DNA of 64,000 nt from Podarcis melisellensis (GCA_964234715.1 OZ174277.1), one strand, 5' to 3'. Positions 12,154 to 26,116 are shown, numbered from the stretch's first letter. Notes: generated by a model from the sequence alone, not told the origin. A program made the numbers and translations.

Positions 12154-13036
12154 TACTATACAACAGAAAGGGAATGTGCAAACAAAACATGAAGAAGAAG
12201 AAATGTTCGGCATAAGTAGTAAAAGGACATATAAGCATTACATTGTAACACCTTATCAAACTTTTACTGGAATCCCTTTCATTTGCTCTGCATCTGTCTT
12301 AAAACAGATTGCTGCACAAAAGGGCTAATCTTGATGACCACCATCGCCACCACAGGTCTCCTGCACCTCATCCTACACTGTCAGAGCCACTGTATGTTTC
12401 AGATGAAGAACAGGGTGTATTGCATTCCAGCAAGCAAGCTGTAGAGCAAATACATTGCCTATACTTGCACCCTTTTCCTCATCATGATATGTCAGTAAGT
12501 AAGGATGCATGATTCTTTATACTGCCTACCTAAAGAAAAATGTGTACTGTATAATGCACAAGTGCACTTTAGGAAGACCATGCACAAGTACACTTTAGGA
12601 TGACCACAGTTCAGTGGAAGAGCTCATGCTTTGCATGTAAATGTCCCAAAGGTTCAAGATCTGCTGGTCAATGTAGTCAATACAAAACTAGACAGACCTA
12701 AAGGGTCTGACTCTGTAAGAGGCAGCTTACTATGTTCTTACAGTCACAAATGCACTTCCTTCATGAGCAACTATGGGATTGGTCACTGGGTACAACTGGA
12801 GCTCCCAAGAGACTCCAGGCCTTGCCTCATACGTGATTTAAAGATAGAAGCAGGAGACCTTGAACAAGATACGCATCTTTCTCTCAAAACAGCACTGCTG
12901 TTGCAATATTTTGATATCTATAAATAGTAGCAGCTACTACTATGTATAAACTGTTGGCTTTGGATACTGCTTCGCAACCAGTAATAGTCTGCCTGCCTAT
13001 GCAAAGAGAGAATAACTGTGCCCTTCATTTTTTTAG

Positions 13037-13126
13037 GATACAGGACATCCCTGCACAGCCAATGATCCCAACAGTTGCTTCATGCCAGTATCTCCTCAGC
13101 ACTTCATAGACCTCTTCAAATTTTAA
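13037..13126 (+). CDS. FBXO25: FBXO25 last coding exon
   Basis: ttttag|; DTGHPCTANDPNSCFMPVSPQHFIDLFKF then TAA, the FBXO25/32 C-terminus. Confidence 0.97.
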   Translation, partial: DTGHPCTANDPNSCFMPVSPQHFIDLFKF

Positions 13127-14125
13127 CTGCAATCCATTAATTCTTGGTGATTTCTTCATACATATTTTTGTACATTCATGCAGTATATGTATAATGCTTT
13201 TTGTGCAATATTTCCCAGAATGTGCTTTGTAGGGATGTCATAGGGTCAAAAGGAGAGAATACTGACCAGAGCATCATGTAAGATGTTCAGTTTGCAGCAG
13301 GCAAACCGAAGGAATATTTCATTTTGCAAGGGAAGCCGGAGAAGTTGTCTACAAAAGGAGTCATTGGAGTTTTAGTCAAATTTTGGAACTGTTAATACAT
13401 TGATGATTTACAACATTTTTGTTAGGGCTATAGTGATTTTTAGTTGATAACTGTAGGCAGTTTCCTTTTTGGTGACCAAAAACAACCTGCTTATTTGATC
13501 TTTGTCTTCATCCCCTTCACATCCTATTTCAGTTGTGCACAATTTGCACATCCTATAAATGTTAGAAGATTCTCTGTAGGCTTCTTTGTACATACCATGT
13601 CAGCTATTGAGTTCTGCACACCAGTAAAAACATAGTTTTGTGTACCTCTTGTGCATCCTCTTGTGAAAGAAGCCAACTCCATTTTGTAAATACATTATGC
13701 AGAATATTTATTTTTCTTAAAATATATTTTATTAATTATGTCAAACCTAATTGTGTCCTAAATAATGTGAGCTGCTGATTGCTGGCTCCTGCAGTGCGAT
13801 GAAGTTTTCTGATGGTAGTCCCATCCTTTTATATGGTGGTGGTTTCTCGTAACAAGTACAGCAATGCTACATGGTACTGCTGTGGAAACTTGGCTAACTC
13901 CAGAGGAACTGAAAATAGCCTAATAATGGCTAGCACTCTCTTGGATGCTACTCCCCCACCCCACCTCGATATGTAATTGTGTAGTTCAGAAAGGGCAAAT
14001 TTAAAAACAACTTGCAGCGTGTTCTGAAAATCTTGAAACAATCATTCCAATTTAATGTAGTATACATGTGAGTACAGGCCTTACATTGCATACCACAGTG
14101 TGTTTTGAATCTAGTTTTGTACGCA

Positions 14126-14131
14126 AATAAA
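14126..14131 (+). terminator. Candidate FBXO25 polyadenylation signal
   Basis: AATAAA about 1 kb after the stop, with upstream TGTA elements and downstream U/GU-rich sequence. Confidence 0.5.
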
Positions 14132-14654
14132 TCATGTTTTTTGCCTATTAATTCTTGTCTGGAATTCATTGTCTTGGCACCCAGTGCTTCTTGAGATTTG
14201 ATTTGATTGAGATCAATGTGATTTTCTTCAAGTATGAATGCTTAAAAATGCTCATATCATATTGGCTTATTGTGGCTATTGGATCCACAGGAAAGTGGCT
14301 GAGTTGGTAATGTGATAACAATCCTCTGCATCTTGATAATTGCATGTCACATTCACTTGTGAGATGTCGCTATTATCCCCATATGAGGAGTGGAAGGAGA
14401 GGGGCTTCCCTAAGAGCTCAAACAAGTCTTTGGCTTTTTAATAGCCAAAAGAGAAGTGGTTTTAGAACGGAGAAGCAGCAGGCAGGGGAAGATTTAACCT
14501 ATTTCTCCAATACCAAAATCCTGGCTGCTTCTCTAGTTAGATTCCCCATTTTTTCACAACAATCTTTTCTTAAAATATTTGGATGCTTGCTATATGCATT
14601 TGTGTAGTTAGACCCTACGAGTACCCCCTCTTCTCACTAATACTAGCGTACAGC

Positions 14655-14772
14655 TAGGGCTAAAATACGTCTTGATTTCCCAGGACATGTCCTGGAATTT
14701 GCCTCTGAAAATTGCGTCCTGGATTATTTTTGAGAAGTGGGGCAAATGTCCTGGAAAACTGGCAACAGGGGT
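14655..14772. mobile_element. Fragment of hAT-like MITE
   Basis: TAGGGCT...ATACGTC start and repeated GTCCTGGA subterminal motifs; ends degenerate. Confidence 0.4.
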
Positions 14773-15664
14773 TAAATCATGCCAAAAATGTCTTTAAAAG
14801 CTCCAGAGCTCAAAAATATAGCTAATACAACAATTTTTCTTGATGAATGCTGACAATCTCTCAAAGGACGAAAGAAGGGGACTGAGTGCCCATTAGCCCT
14901 CTCTGTCTGGCTCATTCCCTTTTCCCAGCAACTACAGTCATACTTGGCTATAGCAACGTGGAAGCAGGACTGTATGGTTGAGGGAAAAGATGGTGGAAAC
15001 AAGTATAAACCCAGGCCTTTGGGGATCTAGCATTCTGTTGTGTGACCTACCAGTGTCTAAAGATGAGAGGGAACTACTTATACTGTGAACCTGTTGCTTA
15101 TCTCCAACATAAATGCTGCTTGCCTGATTTATGAGTTATTTTATTATTCCTGCAAGATACCTGGATTCAGGCTTTGTTTGCCCTCAGGAGGGAAAACATA
15201 CCAAAGTTGAGGTTCTGCTGAGAGTAAAAATAGCAACCTTCAGTTATGCCTGGAAGGTGGTGTTAGGGCTTATCTTCTGAAATGTTGTCATCTGTCCTCC
15301 GTGCTAATGGTCTTCCTATCCCTGGAGGCCACAAAGGGTGCTGCTGACTTGGATTGTGTTTGAGTTCAATTAGATTGTATTTTGGAGCAATCAGTTTCTA
15401 ATGTTCTGGCCAGAGTTATATGTATGTCTCCATCTTGTGAACTGCAAACGAAAGCCTGTAGGGAATGCTGGGAAGTGCTTGAAGCAGAGACAATAAAGAA
15501 ACGAAGCACAGCTTGAGTTTCCCGTGTGACAGAAAAGTGATGACAGCAATTGCCTAAGCAATTTTACCATGTGTGGATTTAACTTTCCCTTATAAGAAGT
15601 GCCTTACGTTGCAGCCTGATCAGAAATAAAATATGTTTCCCCACAACCCACATTGCCCTTAGAT

Positions 15665-15983
15665 CAGGGGTCAGCAACCTTTTTCAGCTGTGGGCCAGGC
15701 CACCGTCTCTCAGACCATGTGAGGGGCCGGACTATGTTGGGGGTGGGAATGAACGAATTCCTATGCCCCACAAATAACCCAGAGATGCATTTTAAATAAA
15801 AGCACACATTCTACTCATGTAAAAACACCAGGCAGGCTCCACAAATAACCCAGAGATGCATTTTAAATAAAAGGACACATTCTACTCATGTAAAAACACG
15901 CTGATTCCTGGACCGTCTGTGGGCCAGATTGAGAAGGTGATTGGGCTGCATCCGGCCCATGGGCCTTAGGTTGCCTACCCCTG
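15665..15983 (+). mobile_element. hAT MITE with internal ~70-bp tandem duplication
   Basis: TIR CAGGGGTCAGCAACCT / AGGTTGCCTACCCCTG; 8-bp TSD CCTTAGAT / CCTCAGAT; two copies of CAAATAACCCAGAGATGCATTTTAAATAAAAG...CATGTAAAAACAC. Confidence 0.88.
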
Positions 15984-16124
15984 CCTCAGATCAACAAGGT
16001 GCTATACCTTAAAGTATAAAATGCAGGTCTTGTTTTCAGGCTTAAAATATGAATAATCCAAGGTGCAAACTGATTGCAAACTGGAGCAGTCAAGGGCAGT
16101 GGAAGGAGGTGGAAGTTAAATCAA

Positions 16125-16260
16125 AGGTAGTCTATGTGGTGCTGTCCAGATTTTGTTGAACTCCAACTCTCATCTGTCCTAGCCAGCACTGTCCATGGTG
16201 AGGGATGATGGGAGCTGGAGTCCCAACAACATCCAGAAGCCATCAGGCTTGCTACTCCTG
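16125..16260. mobile_element. Short palindromic hAT-derived MITE
   Basis: Internal inverted repeat (TGTTGAACTCCAACTCTCATC ... GATGGGAGCTGGAGTCCCAACAACA) typical of an abundant squamate MITE. Confidence 0.6.
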
Positions 16261-19200
16261 AGATAGAGCTAGGATAGGAAGCCTGTGCACACGACCCCCA
16301 GCATGGTTTGACAGCATCTCCATAATCAGTATCTATGGGTGGTGGGAATGGCTGTCCAACAAGATCTGGAGAATGCTCAAGTGAAGAAGCAAGCTTTAGC
16401 ATGCTCTTAATCACAGCAAAGTCTTGTTTGTTTGTTTTGGCAAGGTCCTGTAAAATGGATTTTGATCAACCCCAAGTTGAGATGTGTCTAATAATGGCTC
16501 TGAGGACCAATAGTTTCTCATATGTCTAGGAGAAGCTACTTTGGTAGCCTAGAGTGTAGGTACTCTTTACAAAATAAAAGGACATGGGGGCAAAGTTTTG
16601 GCATGGCTTGAGATGACTGGAGAGAAGGCAAGCCTGGACAACAAAGTGTACACTTGACTGTTTGCAGCCTCTTGATACTCATTTATTTATGGGACATTCC
16701 CTCCTTTATGTGGAACGTTGAAGACATGGGAACAAAAGCCTACATCATTGCATCTGTGTTTCTGCTGTTGAGTTGCTGGCCACAATTACAAGTCACAGTC
16801 AGAAGCCTGGCTTCCTGTTATGTCCAGACCTGGGATCATAGGTTTTCCTCTGAAATGAGCCACAAATGCTAGCCACCTTTTTAAACCATGGTTGGTTTAC
16901 GGAGTATGGCTTATTGGGAAGCAAGAAACCATGATCCCTAGTTTGGTTGTAACTAGAAGCAAAGCTTAACTGCGCCTTCCTGGTTTGTTTCTCTTGATTG
17001 TTCCAGGGCAGAAGCATAGTAGGAGTGATCAGGTAGCATGTATCACTCAAAAAGTAATGTGCAAGCTAAGAACCATGGTTTATCATGATGTATGAATGTG
17101 GTCATGTTGTGTCTCTGAGTCTATATAAATCTAACCTCTGGTGCATCTGGTGTAGTATTGTTTCTTGAGACTGGCTGTGGTTTCTATATGGCAGACGGTT
17201 TTGAACCTTACAGTATACATAATATGCATGCAAACTCTGCTAGGTCTATCACAAAGCTGTGGACTTTCCAATAGCAGGGATGATACTCATTTTTCTAGCA
17301 AATGAAGTCAGCTAGTCTGTACCATCTGTAGAAGCAGTGGTTGAAAGACTGGGGTGGAGAAGGGTAGAAACTGGAGCGATTTTTTCCCACAGTAAAGATA
17401 TTAATGCACCCTTCTTAGGTTGTTTTTTTTCTTCTTTTAAAGGTCTTCAGAGGTGTGCCCTCTGGATCTGGTACAATGAAGGCATGAGTGAACAGAGTTG
17501 GATGACTCATGTGCACATGACTTCCAGCAATTGTGCCAAAGTTCCTGCAGCAATAATGTCCATTTCCTACCATGTTTGGTAAGAAGAGAAAGAAGCAAAG
17601 GGATGCTCTTCCAGTGGCCTTGGAATAACCAGAGGACTGTGTGGGGGTAATTAACACTTAAAAGTTGGGCTTGAACTGCTCTGGTAGGATGTTGTAGTTG
17701 CTCAGATCACAGTCAGTTAATGTTGGAGAATTTACATCATTTCCAATGGGATTTCCCTACACTGAGAAGGGAAGATGCTGAAACCCGTCTTCCAGCCTGA
17801 GTTTTTCTTTTCTTTTAAAGCCCCTCTTATTCACATGGGGATTAATTCCAGTCTTGGGACCACCCACAGGAGACAATATTTATTACATCATTTATTATTA
17901 TTTATTACATTTATTTTTTACTACATTTGTATACTACCTTTATAGTCCAAGGATCTCAAGATGGCATACATGGTGTACAAGGTGGTGTAAACTACTTTAA
18001 AATAGCAGTTTGGGTAAGGAGGGGGATTTGAGCACCTTCCTATCAGCGCCTAACACTCTTTAAATAGCAGCCCAAGCCTACGCCATCTCCTTTATAGAGA
18101 TTCCCTGGCAAACCAGATTCTGATGTATGAGCCAATGGCTCCAGATTAACCTAGCTGAAATGTGTTCCACTGATTTCAGTGGGTCCCAATATATCATATC
18201 TTTGAAATCAGTGGGAGCCATTCACATCAATTGGACTTAAGTTCAGTTAACAGGGTTGACTCTTTAAGTCATTATGTGAGTGGAATGACTTCTCCCGAAC
18301 ATTCTGCCCCCCCAAAAAAATTTGCTCTTGGCGGTGAAGGAAACTCTGGAGCATATTTGCTCTCTGTGTGTGTGTAGGCACATATGTGTGGTGGCATAGG
18401 AGAGGAAGTCCCACTGCACAAACAGAAATCGTTCCACTCACACAATGACTTACTTGGAGCCAACCCACTGTCTCATTTTGGTCCTGGGAACTAGGCTTCA
18501 GAGTCTTTTCCTGAAAACCCCCGTGCTGCAGGAGTCAAACGACTGAGGTTAGTTAAACAGGATGGCCTTAGTTGGGTGAAATTTCTTGTGGGCATCTGAA
18601 TGAGGTGACTTCAGTCTGAAACAGAAGGCTGAGCTCAGTTGACTGCCGCCCCCCTCTAGCCTGGCATTTCTTCTCTCTCCTCTGCAAAGCCAATCAAAGT
18701 TCTCAAGGACAAACTCATAAAAAAAACCCACCAGCAAATGGAAAGGCTTTTATGCTCACCTAGAATTGACCCTGGCTCAAGTCCCAATACACAGCTGGGA
18801 ACAGTAAGAATAAAATAGTAACAGGGCATGTTTGACAATGCCACAACCTCGTCCCGCGGATCTGAATAGTTTTTACATTTCTTAGGAGCGGCAGCTGATT
18901 TATTTTATATGAAATCTATTTACATTAGGAATGTTAATTACTCTGCTGTTGAGGTGGGGAAATGGAAAAAAATAAATCTTCCATAGGGCTGTTTCGAGCT
19001 GAAGGGAATCAACCCATAGATCTTTATCAAACAATAGCTTGCTTCCTAATGGGAAGCGAAGACTGATTTGTTTTCCTTCTTGTTTACAGCTGCCATATGC
19101 TGTACTGCCAAGTCATTATCATGAGTCTGTTGTTTACCTTAAACAGAGTGTACAGCAGGCGAAAGTGAGGAGGGTCGAGGTCCTTGAGCAGCGGGGGGCG

Positions 19201-21669
19201 GATAAAGAAAATCGGAGATCAGTAGAAGGCCTTTGTTTAACTTTTCTTGTTGTTGTTCACAGAAAATGGGTCACAAGGTAATGTTTTCTCTCTGGGTTTG
19301 TATGGTCATTTCCCTTCCCTCTGCAAACTGCCCCTGGGTACACGATCATGTAGTGAATTTCCCCACATCTCACCAAGTTATATTCCGCTGTGGTTTTTTG
19401 TGGGGGGAAATCAGACAGCTCTAAAAAGTGCTGGTCTGATTGTTTAAACATGTTTCAAAAGGGAGTTTGCATGCAAAGGAGGGGAAAATAGGGTTGGTTA
19501 TAAAATGCACGGTACAAAATACCATTGTGAAATCTTTCTGGAGATGATTTAAAGAGGGTTTCTTTCTCAAGAAGCATTTTCAGGGCATTCTGGTGTCTTT
19601 TGAGATACACCGAACAGCCGAGGGCTGCAGTTTAATCCATAACGGTTGGTCAAAGAGCAGTTCAGTTTAGCAACACCCCAAGCAGAAACAAGTGTAGCAC
19701 CTTTGTGATTGGCATCTTCCTGCAGTGCCAAGGAAATGTTCCTGCAAAGAAACCCGGTGGCAAAAGGCTGTGTGCATGATATACCTTTAAAGTATGCTAG
19801 AGGACATTTCCCACCTCAAATAATTATCTGCGTATTGTAGGTTGTTTACGGTTGCTTGGAATTGGAATTCTGAGGGGTTAACTACAGTGCCCAGAACTCT
19901 TTGAGGGAAAGAATGTACTTTGAATGTGTGTATGCAGCTCTGGTTTGTAGTTTTGTGTACATGGGTACAGTAGCCAGCATTGCTTATTTTAAGGCAAATA
20001 ATTTCATTATTAGTAAGTGCCTCAGTGGCTGCCACACCAGCTCTCTATCTTTGATTTTCTTGTTTTTTATAGAGTCCAGGCATGAAGAAATTGTCAAATT
20101 GTTGCAGTCCTGTGTTTTTATTTGTCATCCTAGGTTTTTTTCCAGGCCTGCTCATGTTGCCTCTTTTGGCAAACAATTGTAGCACCAGCTTGTCTGTTGT
20201 GGAAAATCTCTCTTTCTCAAAAAGGAAGCAGTAAAACAGGCAGGAACTGCAACATTAAGCTTTTAATTAAATATTGGAATGGGCAGGGAGTCAACATTTT
20301 GGGTGGATTTCAGTGCTGCCCATGTTTGAGTTCGAGGCAAAGGGACGTTTCCTTTCTCTCCTTCATCTGCAATCCCACGTGCACCCCAAACATTTGCTCT
20401 GGAAGTTTGGGAGACGCTTGCCTTGACATAATGGATCTGTCAGCCTTTAAGGTGCCACAGATCTCTATTTGCATACATAATCATGAAGCAACCATCAGTC
20501 TCTGGTTTATTTTCGATATTTATGCAAACCCCCATAGTGGTGACTCCAGAGCAGGTTTCAGACAAGCTCCCCAGTAGCTATTGCATTGTACTAAAGAACC
20601 AAGTAGCCAGGGATAACATCGCAGCTCCCTGGTGGGGATTTCTGACTTCTAATGCTAACGGAAGCAAAACTCTTCACAATACGGCTGGCTGAGATAAATG
20701 GCCACTTGCTGCTATGTGCAAAGGGGAGGCATAACCACACTGCGCCTTGACCAGTATTTACATAAAGATTCCCATCAAAGCCAAACAAGAAATAAATACC
20801 ACCAGCAAGGTTTTCCGCCCTTCTTGAACAGAGACAGATACCACAGAAAGTTATGCAGGCCATCTTTCAGAAATGATAAATGTTTTTAATCATATTTTTT
20901 AAAGCTGTGAGCTATGTGACTTTTTAAAGTACCCTGCGCTGTAAGCAGTGTACAGCTATGGACCCCACTATCTGTTGGACTTGTACTGAACCTCTTCCTG
21001 TTCACATCATCAGAGGCTATTCTCTTATTTGTGCCAATGTGAATGGGGAGAGAGTATTTTTCAGGGTGGCACCTTCTGCAGTGCTTTCGCTAGGGAGACT
21101 TTGTTCGGTGCTTTTCTTGATGTGATTTCAACATCGGACAAATACCTTTCCCCCCAGTCTTTTTAATCTTGTAAGCGGAAGAGGGTAGCGTATTTTATTG
21201 TGCCTTTATCTACCATGTCTTACAGCTATTTTCAAATTAGTGTGGTTTATTGTGTTTGTTATGTGTATCATTTTTTTCATGTAAGTGAAAGGCTGAAGGC
21301 AAAGAATAAATGTAGAAAATAAGCAGCAAGTGATCTGTAGTTTTCTTCCAAAATGCTCTTTTAAACTAATCCACATTTGCCAGAGGTGATTTAAAAGCCT
21401 ATTGCTTACTCAAACACTTATGCATTGTTGCAGCTGAGTATTTGACATTGGAGTACCTAAACCTATGGTAACCACAGGGGAAGTAATACCCTGGACCTTT
21501 GTTCTTTTTGCAGATGTGGAAACTCTAGGACCATGAAACTGACTTCTATAGCTCTATTGTGAAATCAAACAAATTGACCAATGGCACTTTGAGAAGTATC
21601 GCAGTCAGATGGGCGGGCAGGATCTCAGTGACTAATACAGACAGGTTTTCCTGTCTTAAGAGAAATAGA

Positions 21670-21675
21670 TTTAAT
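21670..21675 (-). terminator. Candidate TDRP polyadenylation signal (ATTAAA)
   Basis: ATTAAA on - at the end of a very U-rich stretch about 4 kb past the TDRP stop; a second ATTAAA at 21711-21716. Cannot be confirmed from sequence. Confidence 0.3.
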
Positions 21676-24600
21676 TGAAATAATTCAACAGCTTGGTTTC
21701 AACTATTTTTTTTAATTCATCTGTGAAAATACTATATTTGAAGTGAAACTAATAAAATACCAGAGAAACTGTGAGCATTGTGACTTGTTACAGCCACATA
21801 AAGCGTTTTCACCTTCATGGAGTTCAAGCCAAGATTTATGCTTATGTGCAGCGAAAAGGCAATATAAACATTTAAATCATTACATATGTGCAATCTTGGA
21901 ATACAATCGTAATGGTGTCTTTAAAACCAGTGGACATAAAATCAAATGTTTACAAAGCAAAGAAGGATATATGCCTTTTTTAAAAACGGGAATGTCCACA
22001 AACATCTACATCGTGGATATTTTAAAAGAATTGAAAGAATAAAAATTTGCCCAACACATAAAATACCACAAAAGAGTAATCTCATTTCAAACAAATAATC
22101 CTACAAAAGCACAACCATAAATTACATTAAAATTTAACCACTGCCCTTAAAATTAAAGAATGATGCTTTAGGAAAATATGAGCATGATCCAGCCAAACTG
22201 AAGGACACTTGCATCTCACTGATTTCAATGAGAGAGAAACACATTAAATAGCATGGAAATCAATGAGGTATGAAAGTGCAGAACTTTTGTTGGATTGTGT
22301 CCCATTTTTACAAATATCTCCCCAGCTTAAAAATCAGATGATACTTTATGTATCTCAGATTCCCACTTGAGGCCTGATCCTGTGGGCCTGCCACCCACTC
22401 CAGAGCACACAGACCAAGAAGGAAACATCTCCCCTCACATCAGTGCTTGGGACAGGATCAAGCTCAGCAGCAGGCTGCTAGTGCTTCCTTCAGAGCTCCT
22501 GCTGTTCATGGCAGCATAGGTTGTGGTTGGAAGGTAGAAAAGCAGGGCTAGGCACGCCATGTAGTGTGCTGGCCTTGTAGAAGCTAAAGCAAAGGCTTGC
22601 CTGTCATGTGACTGAGAGGAGCAACGGGAACTGTTTTCTGAGAAGTGGGTCAGAATCTGTGCATAAGCTCGCACAGTGTCAGCACAAATGAGACTATTTA
22701 ACAGCTTAAGCCAACACATAGGATCTAGAGTGATGGATGTTTCTTTGTCTTCATTGGTATCTATATGCAGCACAAATGTGTGAACATTTCTTTCACGTGG
22801 AATCAAGCCGTAGCATCACAAACATGTCATCAAGGTAAAGTACAGGCACTTGACAGTATATTGTGCAAGGCATAACCCCTACCTATCACAGTTTAAGGAA
22901 GCTTCCACAGGTGGTGAACACTGAGCTTCTAACCACCTTTGCCCCATCATTCCTGGGTTTTTTTCCCAAGACAGAGCTCAGTGCCAACGTCCCACAATTC
23001 AGCTCCTGCTGTATGAAGGCCCTCCAAAGGACTGTAAACTATAGAAATCTTTGCATAAAGAAAATGGCTATATTCTGCAATTATATCTAAGACATAAAAT
23101 TCAGAACATGGTCTAGCCAAAGTTAAGCAGTGTTAAGTCTTACTTATTTCTATGTGTGAAAGTTAAACATGCATTTCACTTTTCCATTCAACCGAATGAG
23201 ACTTACAAGCGTCAGCTTTGACTGGTTTGCATCCTCTGCTTTTAACTTGCCTAAACAAATGTGCATTTTTCAATACAGGTTCAGTTGTGTGACAGCTGAA
23301 AATCCCAACCCTACAAAGCACAATACTGTATTGCCATAGCAAGCGGGTACAGTTTGGTGTTGGAAAGGATACAAGCTTTTTGTGGCCTCCTGCCAAAATA
23401 GCACAAATGCTATTGGCTTCAAATACATTTTTTGGGGGGGAGCAAGAAGAGTTGGACTAATAGTGCAATTCCAAGCTGCAGGCTACTTGAACAGAACAGG
23501 AGGACAGCTCTTGTTCCACAAGCACTCTCTAGCTGTGACAGGCAAGACACAGAATCCTGCAACCTGCACAAGAGTACTGTAAAATCTTTGGGTCGTATCC
23601 ACCAGTGACAGAAACTTTACCATCAGCTGTTGTCACTGGGTGACAACTTTTTATGTGGAATGGGCTATTAAATTATGAAAACATAAAATGGATAGTCTGC
23701 ATAGTTATAAAACATTTCATTTTGTTTAAAAATTGCTGATCTCACTGGAAGCAAGTCTTGAATTTTTTAAAGGTGTCCATATTGCTGAATAAGGTACAAG
23801 CTGTGGTACATAGGCTCAGCATCAGTATCAAGTAAAGATTCATAATTTGGGACAAATAGTTAAGTCTAGCATCTTGGATTGATATTCATTTTACAGAGTA
23901 TTAAACAAGTGTCCACAAGGAACAAGGAAGTAATTAAATGGTTTGAGCATTTATGGTGCAGTATTATAGAACAAGGCACTTTTAACATGTTTTTTTCATA
24001 TTCAGATCAGTAATAGTGGCAGCTAGACAAACAGATGGCTCTCTGGTGACTCCTGTCTACTATTTTTCCTCTTTTACTGACAATTTGCTACTTTCATCCA
24101 AGTAGTGTCAGGGTTAAGACTTCCTTTTGCAAGAACTGAAGAATTGGGCAAAATCATTCTGAGCCAGTTAGATCTCCAGCCACTGAAAAAAGTTGTACGC
24201 AGAGCCAAGTCATAAGAAATGAAAGTTGTGGTGCTCGGTTATTCTGACCATTAACAATTTGTCTTCAATGCAGCAAAGATTATCTTGTATCATATAGCTA
24301 AATGTTAGAATTTGGCTATCACAGATGCAAAAATGGCACACATGTAACACATATGTGTATATCTTACGTTATGATTGAAAGGAGACGTTAAATTGATGTA
24401 TTGGACTTCTTCTGTCACAGTGGTGTGAGTACACTGAATTACAGTGTATTTATGTCACTCCAATCTCATAAATTGGACAATTTAAATAAAATGGATAGGT
24501 AAAAGTACTCGGGGGGGGGGTGAGATACCCTAAACTTTACCTACAGTACATTTCCAACTTCCCATGTGCACTATAATGCATAGCTCTTTGTTACTAATAA

Positions 24601-25770
24601 AAAAGTAGCAGCAACCAGTAAGACTAAACCTCACAACAGCAAATACACATACTTAAATAACCCTTGTACATAGCAGAGACAGAGCATTAACTACTGTCAT
24701 TCTGTAAATGCCAAGAGAACATCAAACACGTCCTGCAAAAGAGCAACATGGAGTCATAGTTTGAGGGAATGGGGACAAAAGGAAAAAAGCAATAATAACC
24801 CTTCAAACAGATAGTTTTCTGACAATTGGGCCTGATTCGTACATTTCCTAAATGATATAGTAGATGCTGACAACACTCATAGTCATAAGGGTAGGCTCCC
24901 TACTGCATTGGTAATGCACACAGAGACCCATTTCAGACTGTACTAGTATAGAAAGTACCTGTGTGACCTAGGTTATTGAGGCGATGGGCCCTTTTGTATG
25001 TTGTTACTGCAATGTGAAGCCCAAGCGTATAAAAGCTACTTTTGTTGCCTGCTACAGCACTTAGGGAATACATAAATCAGATCTTAGCAGCCACCTAATT
25101 CATCTGTGGTTATGTGGTTTGGGATGATTGCAAACCTGTTTTAGCCGTATTATTGATTAATCAACATAATACATGGAAGCCTGAAATTCATCAGCGAATA
25201 TTTTGTAACGGAAGAAGAAACACGTATGTGTGGGGTTCTTACAAGTCATGTGCAATTCAGGACTTTAGGGGAAATGCAGGATCTTCGACGTTCCAGCCTG
25301 AGAATCATGTGTTCATGTTCAGGACAATGAAAGCAATGTATCAAGATGAAACAATGCAGTGTCAAACGGCAAATCAGCACTTTTACACAACAGGGTCAGC
25401 ATTCAAAATATAGATCTTTGATGTCTGAAAACTAGGAAAGAGAGAACTTCAAACTAGAGAAGTTCTTATGTAAGGCAGTCAAATATTCAACCAGTGTATA
25501 CATTCATTAAATTGTGGGGGTTTTGTTTTTTAAAAAAGCGAGCCAAGGTGCTATAGAATATGTGTGAAATATAGGCACAAAGTAGGTGCTCGACTTCATT
25601 CAATATGGAAAACGGAAGAACTAAGAAACTTAGGATAAGGTGAGCAGATGGTTGGACAATTTGAATACTCTTCTGTAAAGGTGCAATATTAAGCAGTTTT
25701 GATTTTGGTTTGAAGATATACATAACCATGTCGCTTATCATCACTTATAGAACATTTCACATTTTGTATG

Positions 25771-26116
25771 TCATTCTAGTTCTTCCCAGTTATCAGTAAG
25801 GTTGCCTTTGCTTTGTCGCCTTATGCTAACCAACCTTCCAGCTGATCTGATGCTCCATCTTGAGCTATTTCCTGAGCTTGCCAGGTTGGTGTATTTTGTG
25901 GAGCCTTTGGTTTCGTCTTCCCAACCTGACCAAGATGGATAGTCACTCAGAGTACTTCCAGCGTCGCTGAGGTTATCACTGGCAGGGATCTGTGGTGGCT
26001 CCCATCCTTCAATTTCGTCTGGCTTCCTGGACTGGATGTTCTGTTTTATCACCAAACTGTCCCAAAATCCACCTTTCTTTTCGGATTTCACATCCTCTTT
26101 TAATTTTAAGCTTGTT
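25771..26116 (-). CDS. TDRP: Testis development-related protein, last coding exon
   Basis: ttccctag|A; TSLKLKEDVKSEKKGGFWDSLVIKQNIQSRKPDEIEGWEPP...SSRWSIRSAGRLVSIRRQSKGNLTDNWEELE*, matching the TDRP C-terminal half. Confidence 0.96.

Noticed and set aside
11853-12213. Four overlapping ORFs
   Set aside because: All coincide with a GC-rich Tc1/mariner MITE.
15770-15910. Direct repeats that could be mistaken for a CRISPR-like array
   Set aside because: Two ~70-bp units internal to a hAT MITE, also present in the copy at 39754-39965; eukaryotic DNA.
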